From: Nitrospirales bacterium
Lineage (GTDB): Bacteria; Nitrospirota; Nitrospiria; Nitrospirales; UBA8639
Length of the DNA: 64,000 bases
Direction: 5' to 3'
Assembly: GCA_965243425.1 (NCBI GenBank)
Contig: OZ251550.1
Location: forward strand, 446,579-510,578
The translations under genes and the position numbers were made by a program. A model generated the notes under the pieces. It did not search any database and was not told the origin of the DNA. It worked only from the letters and a program-made list of their open reading frames with translations. Positions 38,228 to 46,708 of this stretch are shown piece by piece (position 1 is the first letter of the stretch; every line of letters begins with the position of its first letter).

Positions 38228-38892
38228 CGCCCGGCATTCTCCCCGAAGCCGTGCGGTTGGTGATTTTTGATTTTGACGGCACCCTCATCGATTCCAAGCA
38301 TGACATTGCCACGTCCGTCAATCTCACGCTCAGCGACTTGGCGTTGCCCACGCGGGCACCCGAAGAAATTTTTACCTTCGTCGGCGACGGGGTCAAGCGG
38401 TTGTTGCGCTCAGCCGTCGGGGAAGAAAATGACGCACGCTATGAAGAGTCCCTGCGCATCTTCCGACGGCATTATTTGTCCCATTGTCTGGATACCACGC
38501 AACTCTACCCGGGACTTGAACGCCTCTTCGGCCGCCTGACGGAGACACAGCTCAAAGCCCTGGCCACCAATAAATCGTTGGAATACACCTTACGAATCGT
38601 CGAAGGCTTGAAGGTCCAAGAGCAGTTTGCCTCCATCGAAGGCCCGTTGGACCAGACGGACTTGAAACCCGACCCGGGCATGGTGTTACGCACGCTGAAC
38701 AAACTCGCCGTTCACCCGGAAGAAGCCCTGTTCGTCGGAGACAGTACCAACGACGTCCGCGCCGCCCAAGCCGCCGGCATCTCTTCCTGCGCCATCGGCT
38801 ACGGCTACGGCACCCGAGAAAAAGTCCTGGCCTTGCACCCTGATTATTACTGCGAAAGCCCGACCGATCTCGTTTCGTTTTTGGTGGGGTAG
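38224..38892 (+). CDS. HAD-superfamily hydrolase (phosphoglycolate phosphatase-like)
   Basis: HAD motif I (VIFDFDGTLIDS), motif II (ATNKS), and motifs III/IV (FVGDSTNDVRAAQAAG). Confidence 0.85.
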   Translation: MTPGILPEAVRLVIFDFDGTLIDSKHDIATSVNLTLSDLALPTRAPEEIFTFVGDGVKRLLRSAVGEENDARYEESLRIFRRHYLSHCLDTTQLYPGLERLFGRLTETQLKALATNKSLEYTLRIVEGLKVQEQFASIEGPLDQTDLKPDPGMVLRTLNKLAVHPEEALFVGDSTNDVRAAQAAGISSCAIGYGYGTREKVLALHPDYYCESPTDLVSFLVG

Positions 38893-39009
38893 GGTCCCTT
38901 TATCAAACATCGAACGATTCAACCACATTTCTTCTCTCTTTGGATCCCTAAGGATCGATCACTTTCTTAAAAGAGTCACGGTGTTTGAGCGGTTTGAGTG
39001 AGTACCACC

Positions 39010-40551
39010 TCATCCCTTCGACCGGAAGGTGCGACTCGACCGGACGGCAATATTGGAGGAACCAATCTCATGAGCGTGCGACAGGATGGCCTCAATCATT
39101 TCTTTTGCGGCGTGTGGTGATTGCGATACCTCCGCCAAGGTTTGAAAAATCTTTCTATAGGTCGATATCTCAGAATCCGTGATATTTCTGAACATCGGCC
39201 GGCTCGTCCTAGGTTTGAAATTGTCCAATTTCGTCCCCATCACCTCTAGTTGCTCAAGATCATCTTTCGTGTGGCCATTTTTTGGATCGAGGGTCTCATC
39301 GCGGATATCCCGAAGATGTTTCAACGCCTGTCTGACCATAGCTTTCGCATCTTGAGGGAATAGATATCCAGAAACCGCAAGATCATAGGTTTCCTCCATT
39401 TGGCGTAGTGTAGACAGAAACTTCCGCTTTTTGTTGCGCATCGCCGATGCCTTCCGGCATCGAGTCACTACTCTACGGATAACGGCGGCAAGCTGGTTTT
39501 CAAGATTTCGCGTGTGCGGCCCAGGTTCAAAGTAATCGCGTCGTCCGTTCGGGACGATACGTGGGTCCACAACGTGAATCTCACCGACGCACCAGCGGTT
39601 GAATCTTTCATCTTGAAAGAGGCGATCGAAAACGGCCTCACTGCCTATCTGGATGTTTCCTACACGTGCTCGAACACCCCGAATCCCAGCCTCTTTTGGT
39701 ATCGCGCCGAAGTATGATGAATGGGCAACCCAGCCAACGGCAGCACGTTCGCTCTTGTCTGCAGAAGGAATGCCGATTTCTTCGAATTCTCTGAAGCAGT
39801 CCTCTCGGTCCTGCGACAATCGAATCATCTCGCCATATCGTCGCGTGATGGGCAGGCGTTCGCCAGCAAAGATGATCTCTAGCGCCAATGGTGACTCATT
39901 CGCTCCGAAGAGGTTTTCGATGTCTGACGCGAATGGAAATATCGGAGACATCGGAACGGGACAAACTTCCCCGATGTACGTTCGGACGGCTTCCCGGTTA
40001 AGTATCAGCCCCGCAGCGTGCCGCCCGACACCACCGACTTCAACCTCGAAGAAATGGGCGGGATAGTCCAAGCCAGCCACGGTCTCAACTCTGACGCACT
40101 CACGAATCGCGCGTTCTATCTTTCCAGTCTCAGTAATGCACTTGCGGAGTTTGGAGCCATTCCAGACGATACGGGTGGCAGGACGTTCACTTTCGGCACG
40201 TGTTAAGAACGTCACGGATTCAGCGAAAGCGAGTCCCGACAAACGTCCAATTCCGCGAAACCCTCTATCGGTTTTTCGTCGCTTTCGGCTCCTGGCGATG
40301 GGTAGCAATTCCCTGACCGCTGCCTCGTATGACAACCCAGGCCCGTTATCTCGAATCTTCACGCGCAACCCGGACGGGTCAATGTCAACCTCGATCTTCC
40401 CGTTCACTGCGTCACCGGCGGAGACGATTGCGTCCGCCGCATTCTGGATATACTCACGATAGATGGCCAGTGGATTGTCGTACAGACCGACAGTGATGAG
40501 GTTGAATAAGTCGCCGCCTACCAACGATTCCGGTGCGTCTGCGTTCGGCAT
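39010..40551 (-). CDS. GHKL-superfamily ATPase (Hsp90/MORC-like, HATPase_c_3 type)
   Basis: Bergerat-fold boxes: N box EYIQNAADA, G1 box DNGPGL, G2 box GFRGIGRLSG. 513 aa with a large uncharacterised C-terminal half. Last gene of the six-gene operon. Confidence 0.8.
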   Translation of the reverse strand: MPNADAPESLVGGDLFNLITVGLYDNPLAIYREYIQNAADAIVSAGDAVNGKIEVDIDPSGLRVKIRDNGPGLSYEAAVRELLPIARSRKRRKTDRGFRGIGRLSGLAFAESVTFLTRAESERPATRIVWNGSKLRKCITETGKIERAIRECVRVETVAGLDYPAHFFEVEVGGVGRHAAGLILNREAVRTYIGEVCPVPMSPIFPFASDIENLFGANESPLALEIIFAGERLPITRRYGEMIRLSQDREDCFREFEEIGIPSADKSERAAVGWVAHSSYFGAIPKEAGIRGVRARVGNIQIGSEAVFDRLFQDERFNRWCVGEIHVVDPRIVPNGRRDYFEPGPHTRNLENQLAAVIRRVVTRCRKASAMRNKKRKFLSTLRQMEETYDLAVSGYLFPQDAKAMVRQALKHLRDIRDETLDPKNGHTKDDLEQLEVMGTKLDNFKPRTSRPMFRNITDSEISTYRKIFQTLAEVSQSPHAAKEMIEAILSHAHEIGSSNIAVRSSRTFRSKG

Positions 40552-40572
40552 TTCATTCCCCAGGAATACTGG

Positions 40573-42270
40573 TCAGTCCGCCGTCTTCACTCGGCGATGG
40601 TCATCCTGTTCCAGTACGTGTTCATGGTCGAACAGGCCGGCATCTTCAACGGTCTCAGACTGTTCAGGCATACTGAGGTCTGAATCGAACGTGAGCAACC
40701 GTGGCAAATCGGATATGCCGTCGGCTATCGGCCCGTCCTTGATATCCAGGGTGTGAAACCGCAGAACTCGTCTGATAAGCGGATCAATCCCGCGGTCTTT
40801 GGCCAACCGCTGGTAATAGTCACGCCGGAGCTCCGTCGCTTCCGTAGGTCCAGACAGAAGATGGATCAATTCCCGTTCTTGACGTTCCGAGAAACGGCGA
40901 CATAACGCCATGTATTCGTCACGGACCGGCTGTCCTGCATCCTTCTCGTAGTAATCACGGTGAAAAATGAAGGCATGAGGAAGACTCAATAATCGCTCGA
41001 ACGCTCGACGGTCCTCACCGTAGGCCCGCATGAAGAAGGACTGGTTGCCACTGACAATACCACGAGTGGCTTGTAGCATGATCTGAAACGAACGGAGGAA
41101 ATACCGGTTCCAGCGGTCCCCAACATGCGACCTGTCTTTGAGGGTGAGGGGTTGATACCGCATCGGGAACGACCAAATACGGATTCCCAATTCCTCATTC
41201 ATGCGAATATTGAGCCGCATCCGTTCATACAAATCAGCCGGAGTGTCCATAAAATTGTATAGCAAGTAGTTAGACAAGGCCGTAATACCATGATCACACG
41301 CCATACGGACAGAGGCTTCATAGACCGTCCTGAGACCGATATGGTCAAACGCGATCCTCAACGGGTTGATGCAGATGGTCGACATCTCGCGCAAAAACAT
41401 CGGGGTCTTGGCGAGAATACGGGCATCGACTCCCTGGTTGAAATCAACCCGACGCTTGATGGGCTGCCTGCCATTGCGGCCGAGTTTCGCCCCTGCGGTG
41501 AACCCAAGGTCACGGATTTCGGCCATCACTTCCTTGAACCGTGCGGAGGCGGTAATGTTGTTATCCATCAGCACGAGGTCCTTTTTCGTCCCATGTGCGA
41601 CATTGATTCCGTTGACGAGCCTCGCCAGGGGGGGCATTTCCCGCTGCGCCCCTTCCAGTTTCGGCACGCCACAGAACGCACATTGTCTGACGCAGCCCCG
41701 CGAGGCGTAGCCGAAATACGCATCATGCACGGGATAGCGGTAGTCAATCTGGTCAAGAATCCCGTAATCCGGCACCCGTTCTTCAATCGGCATGCCGCCC
41801 AGGTCTTCAGCGCCGAAATCCCCATCGGCCGCTGATAAGTCCAGTGCCAACGCTGGTGGGCGGTCCAGCAGGCCCTTGATAAAGCGAACGCCCGCCCATC
41901 GCGGCTCTTTCACGAACTCCTCATACATCAGTGAGGCAGCGATGCCACCAACAAAGACCCGTTCCGATTGGTTGCCCGCCGCCCGAATAGCGAAGTCGAT
42001 CGCTGTCGCCGTCCGTGCCCATTCGAAGCTGAACAGCGTCGTCACGTAGACACGGTCCCACGCTTGCTCCAATACCGCAGGCGTTGCACCCTTCACGAAC
42101 ATCACACGGTCACCCCGACCACAGGGGCCGTGATACGCAGCCAGTTTCATCAGGCCAAGCGGTGGGTACTTATTCGGATATCCTGGTTCGATCAGCAGGA
42201 TGTTTTTCGGATTCATGGGGTTGCTTGTTACTTTAGTAAGCGTAGAAATTTTATCCGTTGCAAATTTCAT
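40573..42270 (-). CDS. Radical SAM protein with B12-binding-like N-terminal domain and long C-terminal extension
   Basis: CX3CX2C cluster motif in YASRGCVRQCAFCGV. N-terminal NILLIEPGYPNKYPPLGLMKLAAY is typical of the Rossmann-like domain of class-B-type radical SAM enzymes. 565 aa; an alternative start is at 42216. Confidence 0.8.
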   Translation of the reverse strand: MKFATDKISTLTKVTSNPMNPKNILLIEPGYPNKYPPLGLMKLAAYHGPCGRGDRVMFVKGATPAVLEQAWDRVYVTTLFSFEWARTATAIDFAIRAAGNQSERVFVGGIAASLMYEEFVKEPRWAGVRFIKGLLDRPPALALDLSAADGDFGAEDLGGMPIEERVPDYGILDQIDYRYPVHDAYFGYASRGCVRQCAFCGVPKLEGAQREMPPLARLVNGINVAHGTKKDLVLMDNNITASARFKEVMAEIRDLGFTAGAKLGRNGRQPIKRRVDFNQGVDARILAKTPMFLREMSTICINPLRIAFDHIGLRTVYEASVRMACDHGITALSNYLLYNFMDTPADLYERMRLNIRMNEELGIRIWSFPMRYQPLTLKDRSHVGDRWNRYFLRSFQIMLQATRGIVSGNQSFFMRAYGEDRRAFERLLSLPHAFIFHRDYYEKDAGQPVRDEYMALCRRFSERQERELIHLLSGPTEATELRRDYYQRLAKDRGIDPLIRRVLRFHTLDIKDGPIADGISDLPRLLTFDSDLSMPEQSETVEDAGLFDHEHVLEQDDHRRVKTAD

Positions 42271-42305
42271 TTAGCCAAATGCTGTCGGTAGTATTTTGAA
42301 CTGAC

Positions 42306-43319
42306 TCATCCATCTTTGATCTTCTTAATCATGTCATTGATACGCTGAACGGTTCTGTTTAATTTGCGAACTTCCTGATCCAATGAATTCAATGCATTGT
42401 TATCTAGCTGTTTAAGCTCTTTTTCCGTAATATCACTTAAACGTTGATGTGCCTGTTTGACTCTCTCATGTGCGCCACTGATCTTCGCATCTTGATAGCC
42501 TTCGTCAAGAGTCACCGTACCGTTAATGTACTTTTTCAGCACTTTCGGTTTGGAAATAATCGTCGGCAACTTATCCCGAAGATTTGGTGCAGTAAATTCA
42601 ACTTCACTATCCTCATGACCAAGTTCCTTGATTTTCTTTAAAAGAAAATCTCGCAATTCGATATTGTCAGTTATCGACGCAGATATCTGCCGATTTCGCA
42701 CAAGCACATCGTAATAGGCGAAATGGGATATGTTGTCATTATCTCCGTTTTCGTGCATCTTGGAAATAATTTCGACCCTTTTTTTGATCTCGAGTTCCGT
42801 TTCGCCAAATGTCTTTGCAATATTTTCAATGCTAATTTTGCGGTGGAATCGTACAAAAGCAAAATTGGCCTTCTCGTAAGCAGACCACTGTGTTTTGCCT
42901 TTGACATGAATCTGATTTAGGAAAGCTCCTTGTTGCTCATCTGTCAGACTGCTTACTATGTCACAAGGAATAAGTTCCCATTCCCCCTCAGCCTTCTCCT
43001 GCTGCAGTTGTCGATAAACGGCTAATCGAGAATTACCTTCTATGACTTCTTTGGTGTCGTGGCGAACTAATATCGGCTCCATAAGACCGCCATGCCGTTT
43101 TATTTCTGGCTTCAAATTCTTAACACTCGCCTCTTCCAGGAGCTTTCTAAATATTTTGTCTTGTTGTTCTTCATCGGTTAGGTCATCGAAATCGGGTTCA
43201 CCATGCGTACAGGCATATACTCTCGGGTTATCTTTCAGGAACTTGAGATCATTTATTTCGAGGTAGTCATTAGTCAGCGGAATGGTTTCACCAAGAATTT
43301 TCATATCTTTCTCTTTCAT
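42306..43319 (-). CDS. ParB/Srx N-terminal-domain protein, paralogue 2
   Basis: ATG at 43319 preceded by GGAGGATCACAAAAC. Core EPILVRHDTKEVIEGNSRLAVYRQL, then WSAYEKANFAF and a long coiled-coil-like tail. Same architecture as 45226..46260. Confidence 0.75.
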   Translation of the reverse strand: MKEKDMKILGETIPLTNDYLEINDLKFLKDNPRVYACTHGEPDFDDLTDEEQQDKIFRKLLEEASVKNLKPEIKRHGGLMEPILVRHDTKEVIEGNSRLAVYRQLQQEKAEGEWELIPCDIVSSLTDEQQGAFLNQIHVKGKTQWSAYEKANFAFVRFHRKISIENIAKTFGETELEIKKRVEIISKMHENGDNDNISHFAYYDVLVRNRQISASITDNIELRDFLLKKIKELGHEDSEVEFTAPNLRDKLPTIISKPKVLKKYINGTVTLDEGYQDAKISGAHERVKQAHQRLSDITEKELKQLDNNALNSLDQEVRKLNRTVQRINDMIKKIKDG

Positions 43320-43344
43320 GTTTTGTGATCCTCCATAACAAATA

Positions 43345-44811
43345 TTAGGAATGTCCAGGAGGTGAGAGTATTTGTGCCAACGCCCCAGACAGATCACACG
43401 TAAACGTCACGTCAAACTCATCGCGCAACATATCGCCTTGCGTTAGCTGAGCGGCTTGATATTTGGCATTCAGTAACATGTCCACCCACTCATCAATGGT
43501 GTCTCTAGCGATTAGATTATGTACGAAACACTCTACGGTTTGTGAAATTCGATGGATGCGATCCTGTGCTTGAAGATAGTCATCAAGGCTGAATCCGCGG
43601 TCATAGAATATTGCGTGATTCGCAATAGTTAAGGTCAATCCTTCTTTTGCTGCGCCTGGAGTGGCTAACAAAATTCTGCAACCATTATCCGTCTTGAATT
43701 TTCTAATTGATTCGTTTCGATCAGAAACGGACATAGAGCCATGCACCATCTGCGGCATGAATTGATTTAGTTTTTTGTTCAACCATTCGACATTGTTGAC
43801 AAATCCGGTCCATATAATTGCTTTGTTCGACTGAAGATCAATATCACCAAATAACTCAACAAGCTTTGGATATTTTCCAGGAAGCTCATTATAGGTTTCA
43901 TCCACAAGAACAGGATTCGATGCGCATTGCACCAAGCGCAACAGACGTTTCAAAATGTCTTCTGCGTCATCAATGACAAAACCGTCGACGCCATCCAACT
44001 CGTAAGCCATTTCGTCTCTGTAAGCAGCATATATTGCAGATTGGTGAGGTGCCAGTTCGACAAAATGAGTTAGAATGGTTTTATCAGGAAGTTCGATACC
44101 TGCAGTGCGCTTCGTATCGCGTACCGAGAAATGCTTGATCCTGCCCATAACATCAGCTAACCGCATGCCATACTCAGACACCGAGACAGATTTAAGTGGC
44201 AAATCAAGTGCCGTTTTGAATTCGGCAAACGAATCACCAAGCGATTTACCATCATCGAGAAACTTGATCTGTGACCAGATGTCATAGGGGCGATTAGCCA
44301 CGGGAGTTCCGGTCATGATGATACGACGCACGAATCTATCAGCGAGAGAATGAAAGCAGACCGATAGCTTTGATTCTGGATTCTTAATCTTCTGACTTTC
44401 GTCCAGGATTGCTCCCACTTGGCAGGTACCAAGGAACTCACGTATGAGATCAAGGTTTGTCGATACAATTTCGTAGTTCATGATGTAAACCAGGACTGGC
44501 GAGTTCAAGGCAATGCTGTTTTCTCGACGGTTATCTGACAGAATTCTAGGCGTGACATGCGAGTGTGACACCAGTTCATCAAACCAATTTTGAACCAGCG
44601 TCTTTTTGGTGATAACGAACACGGTATCGACGACATCTTCACTTAGCCACAACAACATCAGATCAATCGCGATTTTTGTCTTGCCCAGTCCCTGTTCATG
44701 AAATATTGCAGCGTGAGGCAAAGATTTCACTGCCCTGACAGCATCAAGCTGATATGGGTAGGCATCATGTTTGGCGTTCAGCATAGGGGGTTTTCTTAGC
44801 TTAAATGCCAT
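43345..44811 (-). CDS. SNF2-family (SF2) helicase/translocase, minimal 488-aa form
   Basis: Motif I EQGLGKT, motif II ILDESQKIKN, motif III IMTGTPVAN, and motif VI QAQDRIHRISQ in a Helicase_C-like half. Confidence 0.88.
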   Translation of the reverse strand: MAFKLRKPPMLNAKHDAYPYQLDAVRAVKSLPHAAIFHEQGLGKTKIAIDLMLLWLSEDVVDTVFVITKKTLVQNWFDELVSHSHVTPRILSDNRRENSIALNSPVLVYIMNYEIVSTNLDLIREFLGTCQVGAILDESQKIKNPESKLSVCFHSLADRFVRRIIMTGTPVANRPYDIWSQIKFLDDGKSLGDSFAEFKTALDLPLKSVSVSEYGMRLADVMGRIKHFSVRDTKRTAGIELPDKTILTHFVELAPHQSAIYAAYRDEMAYELDGVDGFVIDDAEDILKRLLRLVQCASNPVLVDETYNELPGKYPKLVELFGDIDLQSNKAIIWTGFVNNVEWLNKKLNQFMPQMVHGSMSVSDRNESIRKFKTDNGCRILLATPGAAKEGLTLTIANHAIFYDRGFSLDDYLQAQDRIHRISQTVECFVHNLIARDTIDEWVDMLLNAKYQAAQLTQGDMLRDEFDVTFTCDLSGALAQILSPPGHS

Positions 44812-45245
44812 ATTCTACCGCCATTTGAGTCCAGCAACCAAAAGTCGCAGCCGTCGAAGACTGCAATGGTTGTACTTGTTACATTCGTAACTTGACGTGC
44901 AAAACGCAATAAGGTTTTGGCGCGATTCGCTCCATAGCCGGTTACTGAGAGAACGAAGAAACCATTCCTTCTTCGCTCAAGATAGTTGATAAAAGAGATT
45001 ACTTGTTTGTTGGTGTGTTTGTTGTCAAGGTCGCCATCAGTTTTGGCTTCAGCAATGACAATAGAACTCTCTGACTCTCCGGTGGCATACACATCCGGAC
45101 GGAATCCATCAACTACTGGAGGCACTGGGTCGCCGGGATTCTGTTGCACGTCAGTAATGAACGACATTAATGGACACCGTGCCTCAAGCACTTTCACTAC
45201 CTGAATTACCAAATTCCTATGCTGTTCACTCTGAGACATCTTCAA
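44796..45245 (-). CDS. PD-(D/E)xK-type nuclease-fold protein (149 aa)
   Basis: RPDVYA ... SSIVIAEAKT gives a D...ExK arrangement on predicted strands. It overlaps both neighbours (20 nt and 16 nt). Confidence 0.55.
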   Translation of the reverse strand: MKMSQSEQHRNLVIQVVKVLEARCPLMSFITDVQQNPGDPVPPVVDGFRPDVYATGESESSIVIAEAKTDGDLDNKHTNKQVISFINYLERRRNGFFVLSVTGYGANRAKTLLRFARQVTNVTSTTIAVFDGCDFWLLDSNGGRIWHLS

Positions 45246-46260
45246 GCAGCCCTTGCAGACGTGCTGACAAATCCTCCAGGGTGTTTATCTGCTCCGCAAC
45301 CTCGTTGCGTTCCTTGTTTTTTAGTGCCCGCACCTCAGAATAAGGCAAATCATTGATGCGCCGTGCAAGAACTTCTGCTAGCTGATATATAGATGCGGTT
45401 TCCAGCGTAATTTTGCGGCTTGTTTGACCGAGATCTTTTTGTGCTTGTTGGTCAAGTAGTCTGGTGGCCGCTTCTATGGAACGAGGGCCTCCGGTAAGGA
45501 ATGTTCTTTTAGCTTCTTCGTTACGAAGAACTTTGGGTAACTGGCGTACATCTTCCAACCGGTATATTTTTCCGTCACGAATCCATTCCCCAAAGTCTTT
45601 CAGGTCTAAATCAGCCTCGAATATGGCATCCTTGATCCTTGATTTCTGCAATTCAACAAAACCGCTAAACCTCTCGATTTTAAACGCCGGGTCATCAACC
45701 ACATCACGATAATATTCATTCATGTCATGATAAGCATCAATCTGACGCTCTATGTTAGTTTTGTTGCCACCACAGAGTGCTATCATTTCGTCGTAACTCA
45801 TGAACTTGCTGTTACGTAGATAATGAAGATATCTTGCCTTTTCGTAGGCAGGCCATTCTCTGGCACCAACTAGGTGAGCCGACACACGAATTGTCTCAAT
45901 GTCGCGTTGGTCAGCATCGGCTAAAACTACTGCTTTGATCTCAGACCAAGTTCCTTCTATGGCATCTCTAAGAAATTCTTTATAGATAGCAAGCCGGGTA
46001 TTTCCATCAATGCAAACATATCCGACGTCTTTATTTATAACGGTAATCGGGGACATCACCCCACCACTGGCGCGGATTGAATCTCTAAGAGAAAAATAAG
46101 AGGAAGTACCCGCTACCCCATCTTGAGCCGAACGCAAGGCGAAGTGAATATGCTTAGCATTTGGCTGATCTCCATACTTCTCCAACGCCTTTTTTATTCT
46201 AGGGTTATCAGTGTCGAAGGAAACCGAATTGACGTTCAGCATTGTGTGTTTTTCTACCAT
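45226..46260 (-). CDS. ParB/Srx N-terminal-domain protein, paralogue 1
   Basis: DTDNPRI ... SPITVINKDVGYVCIDGNTRLAIYKEF ... REWPAYEKARYLHYL. 344 aa; first gene of the operon. Confidence 0.75.
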   Translation of the reverse strand: MVEKHTMLNVNSVSFDTDNPRIKKALEKYGDQPNAKHIHFALRSAQDGVAGTSSYFSLRDSIRASGGVMSPITVINKDVGYVCIDGNTRLAIYKEFLRDAIEGTWSEIKAVVLADADQRDIETIRVSAHLVGAREWPAYEKARYLHYLRNSKFMSYDEMIALCGGNKTNIERQIDAYHDMNEYYRDVVDDPAFKIERFSGFVELQKSRIKDAIFEADLDLKDFGEWIRDGKIYRLEDVRQLPKVLRNEEAKRTFLTGGPRSIEAATRLLDQQAQKDLGQTSRKITLETASIYQLAEVLARRINDLPYSEVRALKNKERNEVAEQINTLEDLSARLQGLLEDVSE

Positions 46261-46266
46261 TTTCTT

Positions 46267-46271
46267 CTCCT
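46267..46271 (-). promoter_or_regulatory. Shine-Dalgarno (AGGAG) for the first gene of the six-gene operon
   Basis: The minus strand reads CAGGAGAAGAAAATG, with AGGAG 6 nt upstream of the ATG at 46260. Confidence 0.5.
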
Positions 46272-46708
46272 GAAATACGCATACTATAATTTATGGTCCT
46301 TGACTTCGCCCTTTTGACAGTACTCTTCCTGCTTCAGAAATTATCGAACGTGATCCGTGTGTTCTCTCAATACACAAATAGAAGCCGTCATCGAAAGTTT
46401 TTAGGCGATGGGTTAAATGCTTACGTCGCTTGACCGGATTCGCCTTCAACATCGGTCGTACTCTAACCTCCCTTACAGCAAGACACCACGGCACTTCACC
46501 TACTTGTCCTGCACGCACACCACCATACCGACTCGTATCCGTATGGTAACGGTCAACTTGGTATCCCGCAACATTTTGAGATAAGTTCCCCACAACTGAT
46601 CCGTTCCGTTCTGTTCAAATGGTTTGAGAAGGGAGTAGACTGGTTTTGGTGTAAAATTTGTGTCAGGATTGTTGGCCGTTGATCGTGCAAGTATAGGAGG
46701 GATAGACG

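Noticed and set aside
46291-46593. 100-aa ORF (-) in the leader of the six-gene operon, considered as a possible regulator or integrase fragment
   Set aside because: There is no recognisable motif, HTH or catalytic residues, no Shine-Dalgarno, and composition intermediate between island and core. The evidence is insufficient.
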